This document shows positions 16,780 through 26,562 of a DNA stretch of 64,000 nucleotides, piece by piece. A program made the position numbers and the translations under genes. The notes under the pieces are model-generated. The model was not told where the DNA came from and ran no database searches. It saw only the letters and a list, made by a program, of their open reading frames with translations. The stretch's first letter is position 1, and every line of letters starts with the position of its first letter. Origin of the DNA: a virus (Duplodnaviria; Caudoviricetes). The stretch covers positions 1 to 64,000 of IMG/VR virus record IMGVR_UViG_3300037067_004728. The stretch is one strand, 5' to 3'.

Positions 16780-18791
16780 TGGGAATTGCATTAAATACAC
16801 CGACCGCAATTAAACTTATTACTGAGACACAATCTGGTACTCGGATTAAAACTCCGGCTACCATTTTAGTGACCCCAGCACGTATTGAATTTTTGAAATC
16901 GCCTTTTTCATTAAAAGACGAAATTAAAGCGATGCGAAGTGCAAGGTGGCATGGTTTTGATGACCCACCCAGAAAGATTTGGTCGGTTGAAAATTGTACA
17001 CGCAATTGGTTTCAATTACAAGTGATGATGGGTGAAAATCCATACGCTTGGTTTGATAGGCAGATTCAAAATTTTGACTATGAACGCCCGCTTCGTTTGC
17101 ATCAAAAAGATATGGCTGATGCGGGTTTAACCTACCACTATCAAATTTTTGGAGCGGAAATGGGTTTAGGTAAGACTCTCTCTGCTATTGAAGTGATGGA
17201 AAAATCTGGAAAACGCTTGTGGTGGTGGGTTGGTCCCAAATCGGGTCTATATGCTGTGGAACGTGAATTTAAGAAATGGGAAGTTAGTTCTAATCTTGAA
17301 ATTGAGTTGATGACGTATGAGGGCTTGGTAAAACGCATGGGACTTTGGAAGCCCGGCGACCCGGCTCCAATGGGTGTAATATTTGATGAAATTAGTCGAG
17401 CTAAGACTGCCAAGACACAACGAACCCAAGCGGCCCAAGCCTTGGCCGATGGTGTCCGTAAAGATTGGGGCATGGAAGGTTTTGTTATTGGAATGTCTGG
17501 TACACCGTCGCCAAAATCACCTGTTGATTGGTGGGCACCATGCGAGATTGTTTGGCCTGGATTCTTACGAGAAGGTGATGCCGATACATTTAAATTTAGA
17601 TTAGGTATCCATCGTAAAGAGGAAGGGGCGATGGGTAACGCCTTTTGGCAATTAGTCAATTGGCGTGATGATGAGCATAAGTGCGATATATGTGGTGAGC
17701 TAGAAGATGAAGGAAAACATACACATCTTATTGGTACAGAGTTGACAGGTGTGGAAGATGGAATACATGATTTTAAACCATCCAAAAATGAGGTCGCATA
17801 TTTAAGTGAGCGTCTTAAAGGTTTGGTGATAGTTAAGCAAAAGAAGGATTGTCTTGATTTGCCAGAAAAACAATATCGACAGGTCTATTGCAAACCTTCA
17901 CCCGCAACACTTCGCGTAGCTTCATCATTGATGAAAGCGTCACCAAATACAATTACAGGCTTGACTCGGTTGCGCGAATTAAGTGATGGTTTTCAGTATC
18001 GAGATAAAGTTGTTGGTAAAGAACGCTGTCCAATATGTTCGGGAACCTGTAAAAATACTTATTGGGTTGATCCAGAAGATGCTGAACGGGCTTTTACAAT
18101 GACAGACATGCTCGACCCTGAGTATGTTGCGACATTGGTTAAGACTGAATTGACTTGTGTTTCATGTAATGGAACGGGAGAAGTAGATAAAATCGAGCGT
18201 ACTGTAAAAGAAGTACCTTGTCCAAAAGAAGAGGCATTAGTTAATCTGCTTGATGAGAATGAAGAAACTGGCCGGTTGGTTGTATTTGCAGGATTTACTG
18301 GTTCAGTTGACAGAGTAACTAAGGCTTGTTTAAAACATGGATGGGATGTGGTGCGTGTTGATGGTCGTGGTTGGTTAGTTTATCGGGCCGATGGACAGTC
18401 AACAAGTGATGCCCCGTTAGATTACTGGGCAGCAGTTGATAAACATCCACGAGTTTGTTTTGTTGCCCATCCTAAATCAGGTGGGTTAAGTTTGACATTA
18501 GTAGAGTCGCGGATGGCTGTTTATTATTCAAATGACTATAACCCTGAATCCCGTTCTCAGAGTGAAGATCGTATTCATCGTATGGGGATGGATGAGAATA
18601 AGGGGGCAACGATTGTAGACCTTCTACATTTGCCAACGGATGAGAAGGTATTAAATGTTTTACGTGATAATCGACGACTTGAATTGATGTCAATGGGTGA
18701 ATTTCAAGAATGCTTTGAAGGGCTTGATGATGATGTTGAAAGCGAAGAAGAAGAAGAAAGACCCCAGCCATCCACTTCGGTCGTTGGCTAA
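16779..18791 (+). CDS. SNF2-like SF2 helicase with Zn-finger insertions
   Basis: EMGLGKT, DEIS, SGTP, QSEDRIHRMG; inserts CDIC...H and CPICSG...CVSCNGTG. Confidence 0.9.
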   Translation: MGIALNTPTAIKLITETQSGTRIKTPATILVTPARIEFLKSPFSLKDEIKAMRSARWHGFDDPPRKIWSVENCTRNWFQLQVMMGENPYAWFDRQIQNFDYERPLRLHQKDMADAGLTYHYQIFGAEMGLGKTLSAIEVMEKSGKRLWWWVGPKSGLYAVEREFKKWEVSSNLEIELMTYEGLVKRMGLWKPGDPAPMGVIFDEISRAKTAKTQRTQAAQALADGVRKDWGMEGFVIGMSGTPSPKSPVDWWAPCEIVWPGFLREGDADTFKFRLGIHRKEEGAMGNAFWQLVNWRDDEHKCDICGELEDEGKHTHLIGTELTGVEDGIHDFKPSKNEVAYLSERLKGLVIVKQKKDCLDLPEKQYRQVYCKPSPATLRVASSLMKASPNTITGLTRLRELSDGFQYRDKVVGKERCPICSGTCKNTYWVDPEDAERAFTMTDMLDPEYVATLVKTELTCVSCNGTGEVDKIERTVKEVPCPKEEALVNLLDENEETGRLVVFAGFTGSVDRVTKACLKHGWDVVRVDGRGWLVYRADGQSTSDAPLDYWAAVDKHPRVCFVAHPKSGGLSLTLVESRMAVYYSNDYNPESRSQSEDRIHRMGMDENKGATIVDLLHLPTDEKVLNVLRDNRRLELMSMGEFQECFEGLDDDVESEEEEERPQPSTSVVG

Positions 18792-18987
18792 AGCAGTAAG
18801 TTGGGAAACTATTTCACTGGTCTTGACCATGTTAATAGCTTATCCATTTACACATAGTATTTGTTCGAGTGTTGAGTTAGCACTTGCTTGTTTAGCGATA
18901 AAGATAATTTTCTATTATCACCATGAGCGGGTGTGGCATCAAATTGATTGGGGTAAAATTAACGGAGAGAATAACAATGAAACGTGA
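18727..18987 (+). CDS. DUF2061 membrane protein
   Basis: RSLAKAVSW...YYHHERVW..I.WG. Start position approximate. Confidence 0.85.
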   Translation: MMMLKAKKKKKDPSHPLRSLAKAVSWETISLVLTMLIAYPFTHSICSSVELALACLAIKIIFYYHHERVWHQIDWGKINGENNNET

Positions 18988-19786
18988 AGTAGTTTACAAA
19001 GATGGCCGATGCTTTGGTCGGGTGATTCATTTTGATGAGCGTAGCCGACAATACCCATTGTTGCTTAAAGCAATGATTCTAGTAACAAAGACTTGGGATT
19101 GTAAGAAACATCTTGACCAAGGAAGCGAGGGGTCGTGTGTTGGATTTGGCTGCGGGCATGAATTGATAGCTGATCCAGTTGAAGTTCTTTCAATAGATTA
19201 CACATACTGTAGGGAAAAAATTTACTGGGCGGCACAAAAACTCGACGAATGGGATGGTGGAGCCTATCCTGGTGCAAGCGAGTATTATGAAGGGACGAGT
19301 GTTCTAGCTGGCTTAAAGGCATTAAAACAAGCTGGCTGGTGTACAGAATATAGGTGGACATTTAGTTTCGATGATTTTAAGAATGGAATCTCAAATGAAG
19401 GCCCAGCTATTGTTGGGACAAATTGGTATAGTGGAATGATGGACACCGATAAAAATGGTTTTGTTCATGTTACCGGGTCCAATGAAGGTGGTCATTGTTG
19501 GCTAGTGAAAGGTATAAATGTTGAGGAAGAATATTTCATCGGTCACAATAGTTGGGGAACGGCGTGGGGAGTGAGTGGGGATTTCAAGATAAGTTTTGTG
19601 GATATGGAAAAGTTGTTAAAAGCTGATGGTGAAGCAGCGTTTCTAATTGGACGGACTGATACGCCGGAACCAGAGCCGGAACCAGAGCCGGAACCAGAGC
19701 CGGAACCAGAGCCGGAACCAAACAGTTTTTGGGCCTTTATTAAGGCGCTGATAAAATTCATTCTAAGTCTATTTGGATTTAATTGA
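18977..19786 (+). CDS. Papain-like (C1) cysteine peptidase with PE linker and C-terminal amphipathic membrane helix
   Basis: DQGSEGSCVGF, GGHC, HNSWG..WG; (PE)n linker; NSFWAFIKALIKFILSLFG tail. Confidence 0.85.
   Translation: MKREVVYKDGRCFGRVIHFDERSRQYPLLLKAMILVTKTWDCKKHLDQGSEGSCVGFGCGHELIADPVEVLSIDYTYCREKIYWAAQKLDEWDGGAYPGASEYYEGTSVLAGLKALKQAGWCTEYRWTFSFDDFKNGISNEGPAIVGTNWYSGMMDTDKNGFVHVTGSNEGGHCWLVKGINVEEEYFIGHNSWGTAWGVSGDFKISFVDMEKLLKADGEAAFLIGRTDTPEPEPEPEPEPEPEPEPEPNSFWAFIKALIKFILSLFGFN
19664..19720 (+). repeat. 12-bp tandem repeat (ccggaaccagag) x4.75 encoding the Pro-Glu linker
   Basis: Perfect tandem copies seen directly. Confidence 0.95.
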
Positions 19787-20382
19787 TGGGTTTAATTGCA
19801 CAAACAAAAACGATGTTTAAGTCCGTGCTACATTGGGTAGCACGGACTCGACCTTATTTATTTGTAGTGCGGGATATTCTACCGTATGCAAGAATTTCAT
19901 GGGGTCATACTAGATTAACAGGTAAAAAATATAGGGAAGGGTATAAGTTACTAAAACCAGGGCATATAATTCTTTCAACTGACGAAGAACGTATTTCATC
20001 ATTTTTAACTCCGGGCGATTTGGATCATGCAGCAATTTGTGTCGGTGTTGGTTCGGACTATGAAATTGGTGAAATGACACACTTGGGATATACACAAAGT
20101 TTATTTTTTGATATTTGTCATACCTCAGATCGAGTCGTTATTTTAGATTGTACAGATTGGGATGATGAATATAAACAAAGAGTCATTGAGAAATGTCGTT
20201 CACTGGTTGGGATGCAGTATGATTTTCAATTTGAAGTGGGAGACACGGTACTATATTGTTCGGAATTGGTTTTCTGTTGCGACATAGAGAAGCGATTGGA
20301 AATGGTGTTTGGAGATTATATCTTACCCGAAGATATTTATAAAGCTAAGAATGTAAAAGTTATTTGGGATTCAGACGCATGA
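19783..20382 (+). CDS. Permuted papain-like NlpC/P60 (YiiX/YaeF-type) amidase
   Basis: LKPGHII, DHAAI, YDF.F, LYCSELV, ILPEDI. Confidence 0.8.
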   Translation: MMGLIAQTKTMFKSVLHWVARTRPYLFVVRDILPYARISWGHTRLTGKKYREGYKLLKPGHIILSTDEERISSFLTPGDLDHAAICVGVGSDYEIGEMTHLGYTQSLFFDICHTSDRVVILDCTDWDDEYKQRVIEKCRSLVGMQYDFQFEVGDTVLYCSELVFCCDIEKRLEMVFGDYILPEDIYKAKNVKVIWDSDA

Positions 20383-20927
20383 TATTTTTTACCGCCGACA
20401 CGCATTTTGGACACGCCGGTATTTTAAAGCATATTCCTGCGCGAGCAGCGATGTTTTCTAATGTCGATGAAATGGATGATGCACTAATTGAGCAATGCAA
20501 TCAAACTGTTCAATCGCGGGATGAACTTTGGTTACTTGGCGACTTTGCATGGAAGGCCAGTAAGTATGGTCATTACAGACAACGCCTACGTGTGCGCAAA
20601 TTACACGTTGTAATGGGCAACCATGATTCTACTTCTCTAAGAGCGCATGTGTCTTCATTAAAGGAAATGGAATATCGGCGTTTTGGAACACAAAAGTTTC
20701 ATTTAACCCACTATCCGATGGCTTCCTGGCGTGGAAGAGAATCGGCCAAATCAATCCATTTATATGGGCATTCTCACGGTACAATTGAGACTCATTTAGA
20801 TAGATGCTTTCCTGGGCGACGATCAATGGATGTTGGTGTTGACAATGCTTACCAATTTTTTGGTATTTGGCGACCATTTTCTATAGATGAAATTATCGAG
20901 ATATTAAACAGTAAAGGAAGTGGATAA
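20379..20927 (+). CDS. Calcineurin-like metallophosphoesterase
   Basis: DTHFGH, LGDF, GNHD, THYP, GHSH, DVGVD. Confidence 0.9.
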   Translation: MIFFTADTHFGHAGILKHIPARAAMFSNVDEMDDALIEQCNQTVQSRDELWLLGDFAWKASKYGHYRQRLRVRKLHVVMGNHDSTSLRAHVSSLKEMEYRRFGTQKFHLTHYPMASWRGRESAKSIHLYGHSHGTIETHLDRCFPGRRSMDVGVDNAYQFFGIWRPFSIDEIIEILNSKGSG

Positions 20928-22135
20928 TGACTAGATGTATTGTTTGTGGCCATACAATTTCGTATAAATTATTTGATCCAGGTCCACAACCATTGGCGGC
21001 ATTAAATCTACCTCGTTGTGAATCAGATGCATTAGAAGCTATAAAACACCCCATGAATTTCCATGCGTGTGCAATTTGTGGCCATGTATGGAACACTGAA
21101 TTTGAATATGCACAAGTGCCTTATGCCGGTGATTCAAATTTGATGTACAATAATGGGATGTTATGGCGCACACACATGCAGTTGCTAATTGATAAATTGG
21201 CTGAAAATTCTGCTATGTGGCTTAATAGGCCAATTATTGATATTGGTTGTGGCGATGGTCTTTTCTTTTCACAGTTATTAGAAACCATACCAGAGGCTCA
21301 ATGTATAGGGTTCGAGCCAGGAATTGAGGGTGATAAGATTGTAGACTTTGAGTGCATACGTGACTACTTCATACCTGAACGAGATTTAAAGCGTCTTAAA
21401 CCATCGCTTCTTGTATGTCGGCATGTTATTGAACATCTTGAAAATCCGCGTGATTTTGTGGCTGAGATTGCCTATTGGTGTGGACGATATGAACTTGTGC
21501 CAATTTTTCTTGCCGAAGTCCCTTGTTTTGATAAGGCATTAGAAACTGGGCGTATTTCAGACTTTTTATATGAACACGCATCAAATTTTACTCTAAACAG
21601 TTTATATACGTTGTTCGCTACATCAGGATTTCAATTATTAGAGACTTCCCGTTTATACGATGAAGAGGTTGTTGTTGGGTTCTTTCAACCACATGATGTT
21701 GCCTTAAATCAACATCGAAAGATTGCAGAAGATTTTGATGAAAAAGTTACACGAACTTTTGAGAGTGTGGGAGAGACATTATCTCAATTACGCAAATCGA
21801 CATTAGCATTTAGGTCTGGACAGTCGATTGTTGCCTTGTGGGGCGGCACTGGTAAGAGCGCTGCATTTCTTAATATGTTTGATCTAAATCATAAAGATTT
21901 TCCATTGGTGGTTGATTCGGATGAACATAAAGTTGGGAGATATGTTCCTGGTACTGGACAAAAAATTCAATCGCCTGATGTGTTGCAGGGTTTGACGCCT
22001 ATAATTATCATCACAACATCGTGGCGAGCAAAAGATATTTATACCGAGATTCAAATGCGAGGTATCCAATACCAAAGCATTCTGGTACTTAAAGACGGAG
22101 TTTTAAATGAATATGCCCCCGATGCCGAAGTTTGA
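20927..22135 (+). CDS. NDP-sugar C-methyltransferase-like SAM-dependent methyltransferase
   Basis: N-terminal CIVC...CAIC Zn site, DIGCGDG, RHVIEH, YEH, WGGTGK, K.GRYVPGTG. Confidence 0.85.
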   Translation: MTRCIVCGHTISYKLFDPGPQPLAALNLPRCESDALEAIKHPMNFHACAICGHVWNTEFEYAQVPYAGDSNLMYNNGMLWRTHMQLLIDKLAENSAMWLNRPIIDIGCGDGLFFSQLLETIPEAQCIGFEPGIEGDKIVDFECIRDYFIPERDLKRLKPSLLVCRHVIEHLENPRDFVAEIAYWCGRYELVPIFLAEVPCFDKALETGRISDFLYEHASNFTLNSLYTLFATSGFQLLETSRLYDEEVVVGFFQPHDVALNQHRKIAEDFDEKVTRTFESVGETLSQLRKSTLAFRSGQSIVALWGGTGKSAAFLNMFDLNHKDFPLVVDSDEHKVGRYVPGTGQKIQSPDVLQGLTPIIIITTSWRAKDIYTEIQMRGIQYQSILVLKDGVLNEYAPDAEV

Positions 22136-23870
22136 TTTTAATGAAATCTTTACCGCGTATTGCCGAAAAGACTTCATGCATGTTTCGCAGTTAATCGTAG
22201 ATGTAATAAAGCATTTTAACGATGTTAATTATACAGGTTTTAGTCGTGAGCAGAAAACACAATTTGATGATTGTGTGATGACCATTTTTTTCATCTTATC
22301 TCAACCAGATTTTCAAATACCCTCGGAATTCGCAGGAGTTTTTGTCAATGTAGGTCATATACTAGCTAACATGGCTAAAGCCTCGGCTATTGGGTCTACT
22401 CAGCCATTTTTAAATCGCGTATGTAGTCAAGAAAATAATTACGTCAAAATTTTGATGTTTAATACTTGCCATAATACGCTGGCTATTGATTTAGAGGCGC
22501 TGTTTCAACCAAACCCTGATTTAACATCCTTATGGTGGGCGAATTATCAGACTTCGGCTCAAGGTACACTATCTGCCGAAGTCCATGAGCGAGTTGTAAA
22601 ACATTTACAATCTGTACCCAAAGAATTTAGATTGCAAGATTTTAGAACCGCACCCTTATATTTTCAGTGTACCTATTTCTCGCCCGAAACCGATCATATT
22701 ATCAAGCAAGAATTTAATCGACAAGTTCGTGTGAAATTGGCTGGGGCTAAAATTCACAACCATCCTAATCCTAAGAGTATTGCAATTATTTGTGATAGAT
22801 GGCAACCAACTACTGCTGTCTATAAAAGTTGTTATCATCAAATTGAACGCTTATCGGAACGATATGATTTAACACTCGTTCATTTTAGTGAGGATAAAAT
22901 ATCGCAAATTGACACACGACTCTTTAAGCATGTCAAACGAGTACAACTACTGGACAATATGACTCGTTTAAATTTTGCCGAGATTAAATACAACGATTTT
23001 CAGTTTGCGTACTTTCCTGATATTGGAATGAACTACGAATCGGTTTGTTTATCAAATATGCAGGTTGCTCCTATTATGGCCACGGGTTATGGGCACCCAG
23101 TAAGCACCTTTGGATCGAAGATTGATTATTTTATTGGTGGATTGGATTCTGAATTACCAGCATTAGCAACAACGAATTATAGCGAGAGGTTAGTTTTAAT
23201 TCCTGGTATAGGAGCGCATCCAGTTTTTCCAAATTATCAGCGTAAACACCCAACACCAGATAAGTTTATTATCAATTGTTGCTGGACGACACAAAAGACT
23301 AATTATCCGATGTTGGAAGCATTGCGAAATATTCAAGAACGTGCAAATATACCTGTTCACTTTAATTTTTTCCCGTCTTGGACGATTAGCCGTTATCAGG
23401 CAGCGATTTCAGTGCGGCAGGAATTGACCAATTTTTTCAAAGGGGCTGTGACTATTTATTTTGATACCCCCTATCATGGGTATTTAGAAATCTTGGAAAA
23501 TGGCCGATTAACACTTGACTCGTATCCGTTTGGAGGGTATAATACAATAGTGGACTCTCTGTTTGTAGGGTGTCCTGTTGTTACTTTAGAAGGTACGCGA
23601 TTCTTTAACCGTGCCTCTTCGGCTTTAATGCGAAAAGTAAATCTCCCGCAGCTTGTTACAACTAATCGTGATGATTATGTGGATAAAGCGGTAGAACTTA
23701 TTAACCACCCAGAAGAGTTACAACATATAAGAGACGCTGTGACGGTTATTGATATGAAGGCATTACTGGTGGATACTGAGGAACCGACTTACTTTGCGAA
23801 TGCTATTGATTACTTAATAAAGCATCATTCGGAATTAAAAGATGGCCGGGAGCCTCTTATTTTGGCATGA
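22107..23870 (+). CDS. GT41-family protein glycosyltransferase (HMW1C/OGT-like)
   Basis: FPDIGM, APIMATGYGHPVST..SKIDYF, LDSYPFGGYNT..DSL..G.PVVTLEG; helical N-terminal half as in HMW1C. Confidence 0.8.
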   Translation: MNMPPMPKFDFNEIFTAYCRKDFMHVSQLIVDVIKHFNDVNYTGFSREQKTQFDDCVMTIFFILSQPDFQIPSEFAGVFVNVGHILANMAKASAIGSTQPFLNRVCSQENNYVKILMFNTCHNTLAIDLEALFQPNPDLTSLWWANYQTSAQGTLSAEVHERVVKHLQSVPKEFRLQDFRTAPLYFQCTYFSPETDHIIKQEFNRQVRVKLAGAKIHNHPNPKSIAIICDRWQPTTAVYKSCYHQIERLSERYDLTLVHFSEDKISQIDTRLFKHVKRVQLLDNMTRLNFAEIKYNDFQFAYFPDIGMNYESVCLSNMQVAPIMATGYGHPVSTFGSKIDYFIGGLDSELPALATTNYSERLVLIPGIGAHPVFPNYQRKHPTPDKFIINCCWTTQKTNYPMLEALRNIQERANIPVHFNFFPSWTISRYQAAISVRQELTNFFKGAVTIYFDTPYHGYLEILENGRLTLDSYPFGGYNTIVDSLFVGCPVVTLEGTRFFNRASSALMRKVNLPQLVTTNRDDYVDKAVELINHPEELQHIRDAVTVIDMKALLVDTEEPTYFANAIDYLIKHHSELKDGREPLILA

Positions 23871-23892
23871 AACTTGCACTTAGGAGTTAAAT

Positions 23893-24960
23893 ATGAGCGA
23901 ATTAAAAATTGAAGCTGTTATACTCGACGAAGTTTTACCGCACCCAAACGCTGATAAGCTAGATTTATTGCGTTTTGGTTCAAATACGGTGTGCGATGAG
24001 CGCGGCAAATATAAAGCCGGTGATGTTGTTGCCCATTTTCCACCTGACATGCTTATTCCTAATGTCTTGGCTAAACAGTTAGGGGTAGAGAATTATCTTA
24101 AAGAGGCAATTTATCCAGGTGATGCCTATAAGTCAAAATGTCGCGTGGCAGCCATTAGATTGCGGGGTTGCCCTTCTTTTGGGTTTGTATTCCCAACTCG
24201 TTGGGCATATAGTCCAGGTGACGATTTGACGGCTCGTTTTCATGGTGTTAAATTTGAACCACCTGAACCTACATGGTATACGACCGGGTTACATGCCAAG
24301 GGTGATCCACGTTTTCATTGTTATACGGAAATTGAAAACTATCGTAATTCAAGATATACTAATGCAATTCCAGTAGATACTCTTGTTAGAGTAACTGAGA
24401 AAATTCATGGTACTAATAGTCGTGTTGGTATTATTGATGGTGAATTTATGTGCGGCTCGCATAAATGTACCATGAAGGAACTTGATAAAAATGACAATCC
24501 ATCTGTTTACTGGCAACCATTAACTGGCGATATGAAGGATATGCTTTATTGTCTTGCCGAAGGCGGTAAGAATGTAATTGCATTTGGCGAAATTTTCGGC
24601 TCAAAAGTTCAATGCATGGATTATGGAATTGTCGGACGCGGAGGCTATCGCCTCTTTGATATTTCTGTTAATGGTGAATATCTCTCATGGGAACAGGTTG
24701 AATACTATGCAACTCGTTTTTGTATTCCTTTGGTTCCATTACTGTATAAAGGTCCGTTCTCCCATGAGATAGTTGACCAGTTTGTGGATGGTTTGACAAC
24801 AGTAATTGATCCTGAGCAAATTAAGTCTAAGTTTAAAGGTCGTGAAGGTATTGTTATTACGCCTTTGATTGAACAATTTAGTCCTGAATTGGGTGGCCGC
24901 ATGATTCTAAAAGCGGTTTCAGTTGATTACTTACAGAATAGAAAGAGTGATTCACACTAA
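23893..24960 (+). CDS. RNA ligase, DRB0094/Rnl5-type
   Basis: HPNADKL N-domain; TEKIHGTN (motif I), FGEIFG, LFDI, REGIV, ILKAVS..YL. Confidence 0.9.
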   Translation: MSELKIEAVILDEVLPHPNADKLDLLRFGSNTVCDERGKYKAGDVVAHFPPDMLIPNVLAKQLGVENYLKEAIYPGDAYKSKCRVAAIRLRGCPSFGFVFPTRWAYSPGDDLTARFHGVKFEPPEPTWYTTGLHAKGDPRFHCYTEIENYRNSRYTNAIPVDTLVRVTEKIHGTNSRVGIIDGEFMCGSHKCTMKELDKNDNPSVYWQPLTGDMKDMLYCLAEGGKNVIAFGEIFGSKVQCMDYGIVGRGGYRLFDISVNGEYLSWEQVEYYATRFCIPLVPLLYKGPFSHEIVDQFVDGLTTVIDPEQIKSKFKGREGIVITPLIEQFSPELGGRMILKAVSVDYLQNRKSDSH

Positions 24961-24961
24961 C

Positions 24962-25252
24962 ATGACAAAAGACCTTATTGCAAAATTTGTGAGGGAATAC
25001 AATGGAAGTGACCTCCCTGGTGATTTGTTTACTTATTTAACAAAGATGGAGGGTATTAAAGAGACACGCCGTAAATTGGAGAAAGAGCGTTGTCAAATTG
25101 ATGCCAGCTACCATAAAGCTAAGGAAGAGTGGGCACTTAGATTGCGAGCATTGCAAGCTACTTGTCCTCACCCTGAGACTGCATTCTGTGGCGACCCTGC
25201 GGGAGGGCATGACTCGTATTACATCTGTACATATTGTGAAAAGGTATTATAA
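24962..25252 (+). CDS. Hypothetical protein with C-terminal CxH...CxxC
   Basis: CPHPE...CTYC. Confidence 0.55.
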   Translation: MTKDLIAKFVREYNGSDLPGDLFTYLTKMEGIKETRRKLEKERCQIDASYHKAKEEWALRLRALQATCPHPETAFCGDPAGGHDSYYICTYCEKVL

Positions 25253-26562
25253 TGAAATTAAACACAAAGAAAGCATCGGACATTAAGGCTCGATTAGCAG
25301 CCGGAGCCACGCAAAGACAGGTGGCAAAAGATTATGGTATTAGTAGATCGGTTGTGTCCGATATTGCTACTGGGCGTATTTGGAAATCCGCCCCTGGTAC
25401 TGTCCCGGCTAAACGTGCTGGTGGGCAATCTAAGCCATCCGCAAAATATAACCCTACGGATGAACGTATTTTAGAGTTAGGGGCTGAAATAAATCATCTG
25501 CGTGATGAACGGAGTGTTTTACAGAAGCAGGTTAAGGCCATGTCAAAATCGCATGGACTCTTTAAGGCAATTACAAAGGAAATGGGCGCCCTTGTTAAAC
25601 CTCTGACTGCTTTACCAACTGTGGTCTCAGTAAAGCGTGGGCACGTAAAAGATCGACAAATTGAAGAACATCTTGTGATGCATTTGAGTGATGGGCACCA
25701 CGATCAAATTGTTAAGCCGTCTGATTGTGGTGGTTTAGAAAGATATGATTTTAGAATCAGTATGCGACGTGCCGAACAATATGTTGATACTGTTTTAAAG
25801 TGGACCCAGCAAACTTTAAATCCACAGTTTTATTTTCCGTCATTGACTGTATTGGCGTATGGCGATCATACAAGCGGTGAAATTCACAACCACATGCAGC
25901 GGTCGTACTTCCGAAATATGTTTAAGAATGCGTCCGCCATTGGTCAACTTCATGCATTGATGTATCGTGACTTGGCTCCGTATTTTGAGACAGTGAATGT
26001 TGTTTATGTTCCAGGCAATCATGGTCGCCGGTCTATTAAGAAGGACTATCATGGCGCTCACGATAATTGGGACTATTTAGTTGCAGATACAGCGGCTCAG
26101 CATTGTAGCGATATTAAAAATATCAATTTTGTTATTCCAGATGCATGGTCTATCAATTTAGATATTAACGGCGTTGGTTTTAGTGTATTTCATGGTGACG
26201 ATGTACGTTCGCAATTGGGTGTGCCGTGGTATGGAATGGAACGACGACAGAATCGTATCACTGCTCTTACATCTTTGCAGGGTGGTAACAGAATTCGTTA
26301 CTTTTGTTGCGGGCATTTTCATCGTCCAGCCACTTTGTCACAGTTTGATGGTGAATTATTGATGAATGGCCCGTGGGTTGCTACCGATGCCTATTCTTAT
26401 AATGCGTTTGGTGGTTATACTGAACCAACACAATTGCTACATGGAGTTGGACAAAAATATGGTGTAACATGGAGGTTGCCTGTTAAGCTAAAGACTGATG
26501 ATGAACACCTGGGACCACAACGCTATAAGATTGATTTAATGCGAGAAATTGGAAATGCCTAG
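25252..26562 (+). CDS. HTH plus coiled coil fused to a calcineurin-like phosphoesterase/nuclease
   Basis: TQRQVAKDYGISRSVVSDIATG.IW; SDGH, GDH, GNHG, HGD, GHFH. Confidence 0.85.
   Translation: MKLNTKKASDIKARLAAGATQRQVAKDYGISRSVVSDIATGRIWKSAPGTVPAKRAGGQSKPSAKYNPTDERILELGAEINHLRDERSVLQKQVKAMSKSHGLFKAITKEMGALVKPLTALPTVVSVKRGHVKDRQIEEHLVMHLSDGHHDQIVKPSDCGGLERYDFRISMRRAEQYVDTVLKWTQQTLNPQFYFPSLTVLAYGDHTSGEIHNHMQRSYFRNMFKNASAIGQLHALMYRDLAPYFETVNVVYVPGNHGRRSIKKDYHGAHDNWDYLVADTAAQHCSDIKNINFVIPDAWSINLDINGVGFSVFHGDDVRSQLGVPWYGMERRQNRITALTSLQGGNRIRYFCCGHFHRPATLSQFDGELLMNGPWVATDAYSYNAFGGYTEPTQLLHGVGQKYGVTWRLPVKLKTDDEHLGPQRYKIDLMREIGNA

Noticed and set aside
16531-17005. Reverse-strand His-rich and Ile/Val-rich ORFs
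   Set aside because: Antisense shadows of the poly-Asp gene and the helicase.
19543-19761. Reverse-strand (GS)n ORF
   Set aside because: Antisense of the Pro-Glu repeat.
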